Below are positions 56,964-64,000 of a stretch of DNA of 64,000 bases, one piece after another. The DNA is taken from assembly GCF_000169175.1 (NCBI RefSeq), contig NZ_AAWS01000006.1:7192-71191 (forward strand), read 5' to 3'. Made by a program: the position numbers and the translations under genes. The notes beneath the pieces are model-generated. The model was given only the letters and a program-made list of their open reading frames with translations, did not search any database and had not been told where the DNA came from. The number at the start of each line of letters is the position of its first letter. The stretch's first letter is position 1. The stretch is from Microscilla marina ATCC 23134 (GTDB lineage: Bacteria > Bacteroidota > Bacteroidia > Cytophagales > Microscillaceae).

Positions 56964-59957
56964 ATGAGAAGACCAACCCAACTCAATTTTTCTTTACTCA
57001 ACCACCTTTTAGGTTACTTACTATTTGTCGTTGCTTTTATTACGTATGCCCTTACTATAGAACCTACGGCAAGTTTTTGGGACTGCGGCGAGTTTATAGC
57101 TGGAGCTTATAAACTACAGGCACCTCATCCACCAGGCACTCCTTTCTTTTTGCTTGTTGGCAGGCTGTTTTCACTATTGGCAGGCAACGACCTCACTCAG
57201 GTTGCTTACTGGGTAAATATGGTATCGGTAGTATGTAGTGCAGGCACTATTTTGTTGTTGTTTTGGAGCATTACTTTGCTGGGACTAAAATTGATGTCAG
57301 TTAGCAAACATCAACTTTCGACGGTTCAAACCATTACCCTGCTAAGTGCAGGGGTAGTAGGCGCTTTGGCTTACACCTTTTCCGATTCGTTTTGGTTTTC
57401 GGCAGTAGAAGCCGAAGTATACGCCATGTCATCATTGTTTACAGCTTTTATATTTTGGGCGATGCTAAAATGGGATAGCGTCCACAACCCTCGTTTTGCC
57501 AACCAATGGCTATTACTCATTGCTTATGTTACTGGCTTGTCGCTAGGAGTACACATACTCAACTTGCTTACGATTCCAGCTTTGGGGCTGATATTTTATT
57601 TTAAGTATACAAAAAAAATCAGCTTTTGGGGCATAGTCAAAGCATTGGTTATCAGTGGCTCAATTATTTTATTCATTTTGATTGGGGTGATCAGCACTTT
57701 ACCAGGCTTGGCGCTAAAGTTGGAAGTATTTGCTGTCAATACGCTGGGCTTGCCTTTTAATAGCGGGGTTTGGATGGTCATTGTTGGAGTGGCAAGCAGC
57801 CTTGGTTATGGCATTTATTATACCCAGCGCATCCAAAAAGTACAACTCAACACCTTAGTTTTAGCTTTTACGCTGTTGTTGGTTGGCTATAGCTCTTACG
57901 GGATCATTGTAGTGCGGGCACAATACGATACTCCCATTAACATGAACAAGCCAAGCGAAATTAGTCGTTATGTGAGTTATGTAAACCGAGAACAATATGG
58001 CAACAATGCCTTGTTTTACGGGCCTACCTATGAGTCACGCCTAATTGATAGCCAACCTGTCAGTGGGGTATATCGTCGTAGGGGCAAACGTTACGAAAGG
58101 GTAGACTTTAAGCCAAAGTATGTCTATGATCAATACATGTATTTTCCTCGTATTTATAGCCAACGCGACAACCACCCAACGCTGTACCGACAAATACTCA
58201 AAAAACGTAAAGGGCAAAAGCCTTCCATGCGCGATAACCTGACTTTCTTCTGGGATTTTCAGCTGGGGCATATGTACTGGCGATACTTTCTTTGGAATTT
58301 TGCCGGACGTGAAAGTGATATACAAGACGCAGGCATATTGATGCCCCATCAGGTAAAAAGTAGTTTGCCTGAAGTACTCAAACGTAACAAAGCCAATAAC
58401 CAGTTTTATATGTTGCCTTTACTGCTGGGGTTGATTGGTGCTTTTTTCCAATACCGTAAGAGCAAAGCCCTATTTATGATCAATGCCCTCTTGTTTGCTA
58501 TGCTGGGCTTGGCACTGGTGTTTTACTTTAACTCACCTCCTGTCGAGCCTCGCGAACGAGACTATATTTATGTGGGCTCTTTTTATGCTTTTGCAGTATG
58601 GATAGGTTTTGGAGCAATGGCGCTGGGCACTTGGGTACAACAATTATTTAAACAGTCTCCACTTGCGGTATTATTTGTTAGTATGCTTTGTATGTGGGTG
58701 CCTTTACTTATGGCTATCGAGGGCTGGAACGATCATGATAGGTCAAACAGGGTATTTTCGGTCAACTCTGCCAAAAATATGCTCAATAGTTGTGCTCCTG
58801 ACTCTATCTTGTTTGTAAGCGGCGACAACGAAACTTACCCTTTGTGGTACGCCCAAGAAGTAGAAGGGGTACGAACAGATGTGAGGGTTTGTAACTTACA
58901 ATTAATGACAGGCGCCTGGTATACCGAGCAATTGCGACGAAAGGTGTACCAATCAGATGCCTTGCCCTTTGGCTTAGACCAGCCACACTATGCCAGAGGT
59001 ACCAATGCCTATTTGCCTTATATTGCGGCTACCAAAAATCCAGCTTTTAGTCCACAAACTGCCCAAAAACTTTTGCAAAAGGGAATGAACCTAAAACAGT
59101 ATTTTCAATTGTTGAAAAAACACGATGCCCGTTTGCGTTATCAAAGTGGTACCCGCCAGTTGCATACGTTTCCTACTCAAAAACTGGTGTTGCCCATCAA
59201 CAAAGAGAGCATACTGAAGCAAGGCATTATTCCAGAGGATAAAAAACACTTGCTAAACCACCAAATGGAGTGGGTGCTTCCCCAAAAGTATTTGTACAAA
59301 GACGACTTGGCAATTTTAGACTTGATTGCTCATAATGAATGGAAACGACCAATTTATTTTTCTACCCATTTAGACGCTAAAAGTTACCTGGGACTAAAAG
59401 AATACCTGCAAATGGAAGGGTTGGTGTATAGGTTATTACCCGTAAAGGTACAAGGAGCAAGCAATGGATATGTAAACACGACATTGGCTTACAAAAATTT
59501 ACTACAAAAAGCAGACTGGACCGGGCTAAATAATCCTGACATTTATTATGATGAAATGCACCGAAGAATGGTCATGTTTAGCCGAGGGGCTTTTGCTCGT
59601 TTGGCGGCTCAGTTATACCAGGAAGGAAAGCCAGAAAAAGCCAGAAAAGTAGCTTTGTTTTGTCTGGACAAAATGCCCGATCAAGCCATTTCTTTTGACT
59701 ACTACACTGTTCCTTTGATAGGTATTTTACTAAAAGCCGGAGAAAAAAAACGGGGGGTAGATATAGGCAAAATGTTGGTACAACGTGCGGATGAATACTT
59801 GGTATACTTACTGGACCACTCGCCCCATAACCGACAAGCCATTATTACACATTACAGCATACTGGGGCAGCTTGCCCAACTCTTCGAGCAACATCAGTTG
59901 CCTGAAGCCAAGGCTATCAATGGCTTGATGATGAAATATTATCAGCAATTAAAATAA
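56964..59957 (+). CDS. Large polytopic membrane protein, DUF2723-like (distant GT-C / PMT-ArnT-like glycosyltransferase fold).
   Basis: N-terminal motif TASFWDCGEFIAGAYKLQAPHPPGTPFFLL is characteristic of DUF2723. It has more than ten TM helices, then a roughly 400-aa soluble C-terminal region. 997 aa. Confidence 0.55.
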   Translation: MRRPTQLNFSLLNHLLGYLLFVVAFITYALTIEPTASFWDCGEFIAGAYKLQAPHPPGTPFFLLVGRLFSLLAGNDLTQVAYWVNMVSVVCSAGTILLLFWSITLLGLKLMSVSKHQLSTVQTITLLSAGVVGALAYTFSDSFWFSAVEAEVYAMSSLFTAFIFWAMLKWDSVHNPRFANQWLLLIAYVTGLSLGVHILNLLTIPALGLIFYFKYTKKISFWGIVKALVISGSIILFILIGVISTLPGLALKLEVFAVNTLGLPFNSGVWMVIVGVASSLGYGIYYTQRIQKVQLNTLVLAFTLLLVGYSSYGIIVVRAQYDTPINMNKPSEISRYVSYVNREQYGNNALFYGPTYESRLIDSQPVSGVYRRRGKRYERVDFKPKYVYDQYMYFPRIYSQRDNHPTLYRQILKKRKGQKPSMRDNLTFFWDFQLGHMYWRYFLWNFAGRESDIQDAGILMPHQVKSSLPEVLKRNKANNQFYMLPLLLGLIGAFFQYRKSKALFMINALLFAMLGLALVFYFNSPPVEPRERDYIYVGSFYAFAVWIGFGAMALGTWVQQLFKQSPLAVLFVSMLCMWVPLLMAIEGWNDHDRSNRVFSVNSAKNMLNSCAPDSILFVSGDNETYPLWYAQEVEGVRTDVRVCNLQLMTGAWYTEQLRRKVYQSDALPFGLDQPHYARGTNAYLPYIAATKNPAFSPQTAQKLLQKGMNLKQYFQLLKKHDARLRYQSGTRQLHTFPTQKLVLPINKESILKQGIIPEDKKHLLNHQMEWVLPQKYLYKDDLAILDLIAHNEWKRPIYFSTHLDAKSYLGLKEYLQMEGLVYRLLPVKVQGASNGYVNTTLAYKNLLQKADWTGLNNPDIYYDEMHRRMVMFSRGAFARLAAQLYQEGKPEKARKVALFCLDKMPDQAISFDYYTVPLIGILLKAGEKKRGVDIGKMLVQRADEYLVYLLDHSPHNRQAIITHYSILGQLAQLFEQHQLPEAKAINGLMMKYYQQLK

Positions 59958-60270
59958 CTATTTAGCCAACTTGTAAGTTAACCTCTTGCTTTGAAACAGT
60001 ATAAAACTAAAAGGCAGAGGTTTTTATATGTTCAAACCTTTCAACACCAATTATTTATCTGTATTTTAAGCCAATCAAACCAACAGTGTATACATTTGGT
60101 TTAGTCATAGTTAACGGGTAGTAGCAGGTAATATTTCCCAGGAATAAGTATATAATATATAAAATTCCTTTTATTCATACCAAACAGGCATTTGGTACAA
60201 TACATGTCTGCTATGCCTATACATCACCAAACAATCTTTTCACTATTATTTGTCAAATCTACAATAACAA

Positions 60271-61899
60271 ATGCAGCGATTTAAAGAGTTTATTACTGAG
60301 TTAGAGTTTCTAGAGGTTGAGTTTCTGGCAATACTTTTTGTCCTCATACCTATCTGGATCATCTACCTGGCAATCAGAGATATTTTGAACAAACGCCAAA
60401 CCATCAAACACAACTTTCCGGTGGTAGGTCGTTTACGTTATTTGCTTGAGTCAATAGGTCCAGAGTTAAGGCAGTACATTGTGGCAAGTAACCGCGAAGA
60501 ACTCCCCTTTAACCGAAGTCAACGCTCTTGGGTGTATGCTTCATCGAAGAAACAAAATAACTACGAAGGTTTTGGAACCGATAAAGATATTTATGCTCCT
60601 GGTCATGTATTTATCAACCCTGCCATGTTTGCCTACCAGCTCCCCGAAAACCACCCTAACCTGAAAGACCCTCATTTTTTGCCTTGCGCCAAAGTCATGG
60701 GAGAGTACAACCAACGCAAAAGACCTTTTCGTCCTTATTCATTAGGCAACATTTCGGCCATGAGTTTTGGTTCGCTTTCGCGAAATGCCGTGACAGCCCT
60801 GAACCGAGGCGCCCACACCAGTGGTTGTTATCATAACACAGGAGAAGGAAGCTTGTCGCCTTACCACAGCCACGGCAGTGATGTTATGTTTCATTTTGGT
60901 ACAGGTTATTATGGGGTACGCAACAAAGACGGTAATTTCTCGATGGACAAATTGGTAGAGCTGGTAGAGAAAAACTCTTTTATAAGAGCTGTGGAAATCA
61001 AACTCTCGCAAGGTGCCAAGCCAGGCAAGGGGGGGATTTTACCGGCGTCTAAAATTACCAAAGAAATTGCCGAAATACGTGGGCTTCCAATGGGCAAAGA
61101 CATACTGTCGCCTGCCTCACACACAGCTTTTACCAACGTGCCCGAAATGTTAGACTTTATAGAAGATGTTGCCGAAAACACAGGATTGCCTGTAGGGTTT
61201 AAATCTGCGGTAGGGCAACTCAAAATGTGGGAAGAATTAGCCGATTTGATGGTTCAAAGAGGGAAAGGTCCAGATTTTATTACCATTGACGGTGGTGAAG
61301 GAGGGACGGGTGCTGCTCCTCACTCTTTTGCCGATCATGTATCCTTACCTTTTGCTTTTGCTTTTACCAGTGTATATCAAATATTCTTAGAGCGAGGACT
61401 TACCGATAGGGTTGTATTTGTTGCCTCTGGTCGTTTGGGCTTTCCAGCCAAAGCCTTAATGGCAATGGCTATGGGCGCTGACCTTATTCAGATGGCACGC
61501 GAACCTATGATGGCCATTGGTTGTATTCAGGCACAAGTATGCCATACTAACAAATGTCCGGCAGGGGTAGCTACCCAAAACAAGTGGTTGTCTTCAGGGC
61601 TTGACCCTACTTTCAAATCGGTACGTTTTCATAATTATATGACTGCTTTCCGCAAAGAAGTATTACAAATATCTCATGCTTGCGGCTACGAACACCCTTG
61701 TCAGATTACGATGCATGATATAGAGGTGGGAATGGGCGCTAGTCGTAGTACTCAAACCCTTGCCGATAATTATGGCTATACCAAAACTCCTGTAGAGTTT
61801 AAAGGCATGCAATCACTATTGGATTGTCCTCACTTGGGTGGTTTGGGTAAAAATATCACCAGTGTCGAAGCTTTAACCAAAGTAAAGGCAACGCATTAA
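60271..61899 (+). CDS. FMN-binding glutamate synthase family protein (GltB domain-2-like).
   Basis: ISAMSFGSLS, EIKLSQGAKPGKGG and ITIDGGEGGTGAAP are the conserved glutamate-synthase FMN-domain motifs. There is an N-terminal TM helix. Confidence 0.85.
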   Translation: MQRFKEFITELEFLEVEFLAILFVLIPIWIIYLAIRDILNKRQTIKHNFPVVGRLRYLLESIGPELRQYIVASNREELPFNRSQRSWVYASSKKQNNYEGFGTDKDIYAPGHVFINPAMFAYQLPENHPNLKDPHFLPCAKVMGEYNQRKRPFRPYSLGNISAMSFGSLSRNAVTALNRGAHTSGCYHNTGEGSLSPYHSHGSDVMFHFGTGYYGVRNKDGNFSMDKLVELVEKNSFIRAVEIKLSQGAKPGKGGILPASKITKEIAEIRGLPMGKDILSPASHTAFTNVPEMLDFIEDVAENTGLPVGFKSAVGQLKMWEELADLMVQRGKGPDFITIDGGEGGTGAAPHSFADHVSLPFAFAFTSVYQIFLERGLTDRVVFVASGRLGFPAKALMAMAMGADLIQMAREPMMAIGCIQAQVCHTNKCPAGVATQNKWLSSGLDPTFKSVRFHNYMTAFRKEVLQISHACGYEHPCQITMHDIEVGMGASRSTQTLADNYGYTKTPVEFKGMQSLLDCPHLGGLGKNITSVEALTKVKATH

Positions 61900-62071
61900 C
61901 GATAATCCATCGCCCGCTCGTATTTACGTTGAGCTCATAGGCAACTAACAAACTTGTAATACATTTATTTTCAATGCATTATAAGTTTGTTAGTTAGAAT
62001 TTGATTTAAAATTAGCTGAAAAGGCTAAGTCATCTGAAATCAAGACTTACAAAAAAGTATAACTAAAGTAG

Positions 62072-62101
62072 CCCTGGCAAATCAAGTCAGGGCTTTTTTA
62101 T
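62072..62101 (+). terminator. Rho-independent terminator.
   Basis: gccctgg-caaatcaagt-cagggc hairpin followed by TTTTTTAT. Confidence 0.6.
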
Positions 62102-62107
62102 GTTTGC

Positions 62108-62830
62108 TTACATAAACAACCAACCAAAGTAGCCGTACCCTGCCCCTACCCATAAAAAGCTATCAAATCGATCGGTGATGCCCCCTTGCCCTGGTAACAC
62201 TTTCCCGAAATCTTTGACATGGTGTAGTCGTTTGTAGTAAGAAGCTGCCAAATCGCCCGTAAGAGCCAATACCACACTTGCCAGACCAGTAGCAAGGGCT
62301 TGCCACCAGGCATAGTCAAGCCAGGTTTTGGCAAGCAAAGCAGCAGTCAAACCAAAACAAGCTCCTCCTATAAAACCTTCACGGGTTTTGGCGGGGCTAA
62401 TGTGGGTAAAAAAGGGAGTCTTGCCAAAAAGTTGTCCTGATATCTGGCTAAAACCATCAAATGTAACCACTACAAAATAACCAGTAAGAATAACTGCGGA
62501 AGGTAGTCGAAAGGCAAACGATAAAAAACCTGTGACAAGTAAGAGGTATAACAACCCTATTTGCCCATAGGCAGCAAATGGCAAGGGGTTTTGTAATGCT
62601 ACTTTTACCACTTCAACCAAAATAGTGAGTATAAGCAATATGGCAAAAGCTACAAACCAGTAGCCCTCTGCCAAAATACATATTTTGACTCCTACAATGA
62701 TGCAAAGGTAACTGACAAGTTTTACCCAACGTTGCTGTTGTTCTTGGGGCGGTACTTTGCGGTTGCCCAGCGCCATGCCTACTATGCCAATGAGCATGTA
62801 GGGCATAAGGTAGTAAAATACAGGATGCAT
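62108..62830 (-). CDS. cdsA: Phosphatidate cytidylyltransferase (CDP-diglyceride synthase).
   Basis: ISPAKTREGFIGG and GQGGITDRFDSFL are CdsA signature motifs. Multiple TM helices. Confidence 0.7.
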   Translation of the reverse strand: MHPVFYYLMPYMLIGIVGMALGNRKVPPQEQQQRWVKLVSYLCIIVGVKICILAEGYWFVAFAILLILTILVEVVKVALQNPLPFAAYGQIGLLYLLLVTGFLSFAFRLPSAVILTGYFVVVTFDGFSQISGQLFGKTPFFTHISPAKTREGFIGGACFGLTAALLAKTWLDYAWWQALATGLASVVLALTGDLAASYYKRLHHVKDFGKVLPGQGGITDRFDSFLWVGAGYGYFGWLFM

Positions 62831-62833
62831 TGA

Positions 62834-63409
62834 TTAATTTTTTAAGACCCAGTACAAGCCCTTTACATTGGAACGAGGCTCAGGAATAATAAGAATAATG
62901 ATAATTTCTTCGATGCAGGCAAGGGTACCCCAACCCAGCGCCAGGTAACACAGCCAAGTTTGAAATCCAAAAACAAACCACACAAACATAAATATGCCTT
63001 GCAAATAACCCGTCACTTTAAACATATAAGTATGTAAACCTATCAAGCCTTTGAATTTAACAAACACTACCAAATAGGCCAAAAACCAGCAAAACAGGTA
63101 CAAAATAAAAAGCCAATATAAGCCTTTGATATCTGCCATCCGAAACTGATACACTGCAAAAAAAGCCAAGGCAAATACACCTAAATCTGCCCAGGAGTCA
63201 AGCTTTGCTCCTAATTTGGTTTGCATATTAAACCCACGGGCGATGGCTCCATCCAGAATATCGGTAATGAGACTGATGGCAATAAAAACCACAAAGAGTT
63301 GTTCTTGTTGACTCGCAATAAAATAAAGGATCAAAGGAAAAACCAGCAAACGATACAACGAAAGTATATTAGGAATTGTCCATGTTGGTTCTTGGGAGTT
63401 TTGTGCCAT
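62834..63409 (-). CDS. CDP-alcohol phosphatidyltransferase family protein (PgsA/PssA-like).
   Basis: DILDGAIARGFNMQTKLGAKLDSWADL matches D-G-x2-A-R-x8-G-x3-D-x3-D. Its start is 4 bp from the cdsA stop (operon). Confidence 0.75.
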   Translation of the reverse strand: MAQNSQEPTWTIPNILSLYRLLVFPLILYFIASQQEQLFVVFIAISLITDILDGAIARGFNMQTKLGAKLDSWADLGVFALAFFAVYQFRMADIKGLYWLFILYLFCWFLAYLVVFVKFKGLIGLHTYMFKVTGYLQGIFMFVWFVFGFQTWLCYLALGWGTLACIEEIIIILIIPEPRSNVKGLYWVLKN

Positions 63410-63523
63410 GTTTCATATCAAATTATGTGATGTTTTACTTTAGTGAAGTGCCCAGCAATATTAAATGTAGCCTACTATGTATTACTTGTAGCTGATCGCT
63501 AATTACTTGCCGTTTCTTGGCTC

Positions 63524-64000
63524 CTAGGCATGCTCGTTTCGTAATACCTCTAACGGTGGCTTGTTTAATACTCCACGGCTATTGAGCATGCCAATCATAA
63601 TAGTGACAGCAGTAATGATAAAGTAGATCGCAAAGGTAGACCAGTAGTGGATATAGAATGGTACTTTAAAGGCAAAGTGTGCCAAAGCATAGGTGCTAAG
63701 CACCGCAAGTACAATACCCGACAAGGAAGCCAGACTACCCAAAAAGAAGTACTCTAACACATTGATCCAAAGAATTTGACGACGACTGGCACCCAGCGTA
63801 CGCAAAAGGACACTTTCTTGTACCCGCTGAAAACGACTGATAATGACCGACCCTACCAACACTACTAAACCAGTAAGAATGCTAAATAATGCCATAAACT
63901 GAATGACAAAAGCGACTTGTCCCAATACACCGTCAATGGTTTTGACTACCAACCCCAGGTCTATGACAGAAATGCCAGGGTACTTTTCTACGAGGGCTTT
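63524..64000 (-). CDS. FtsX-like ABC transporter permease. Partial: the N-terminus lies beyond the window end.
   Basis: The C-terminal FtsX domain (...LRTLGASRRQILWINVLEYFFLGSLASLSGIVLAVL...) has 3 TM helices. The reading frame stays open past the listed internal Met toward 64000. Confidence 0.65.
   Translation of the reverse strand, partial: KALVEKYPGISVIDLGLVVKTIDGVLGQVAFVIQFMALFSILTGLVVLVGSVIISRFQRVQESVLLRTLGASRRQILWINVLEYFFLGSLASLSGIVLAVLSTYALAHFAFKVPFYIHYWSTFAIYFIITAVTIMIGMLNSRGVLNKPPLEVLRNEHA

Overview
This window is a 64-kb chromosomal segment that looks like it comes from a Bacteroidetes genome, probably Cytophagales-like. The indications are many T9SS and LRR proteins, TAG/TAA/TGA all used as stop codons, and an aerotolerance-type MoxR cluster. 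Coding density is high on both strands.

The housekeeping or core genes I can recognise are:
- a TonB-dependent receptor, truncated at the window start
- a conserved MoxR / DUF58 / BatA-N-like / large-membrane-protein cluster
- a TldD/PmbA peptidase pair
- imidazolonepropionase HutI
- transcription accessory protein Tex
- CCA-adding enzyme
- inositol monophosphatase
- apolipoprotein N-acyltransferase Lnt
- FMN-binding glutamate-synthase-family protein
- CdsA
- CDP-alcohol phosphatidyltransferase
- an FtsX-like permease, truncated at the window end

Several accessory features are interleaved with these.
1. A low-GC two-gene cassette matches the Septu anti-phage architecture (AAA_21-type ATPase plus an HNH nuclease overlapping by 4 bp).
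2. A eukaryote-like PARP (WGR, helical and catalytic domains with an intact H-Y-E triad) lies 3.7 kb from a standalone DarG/TARG1-like macrodomain protein.
3. Five LuxR-type HTH paralogs sit in tight tandem, with near-identical N- and C-termini and hypervariable middle domains, flanked by two of the four paralogous LRR proteins.
4. A 1.4-kaa G8/CEMIP-TMEM2-like beta-helix protein carries a T9SS C-terminal sorting domain and an internal near-identical 513-bp tandem duplication.
5. A family of palindromic MITE-like intergenic elements is present.
6. There are gene-fragment remnants.
7. A low-GC roughly 5.8-kb segment is bracketed by 70-bp direct repeats and carries a large MscS-family channel interrupted by an in-frame TGA.

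I found no rRNA, tRNA or CRISPR.
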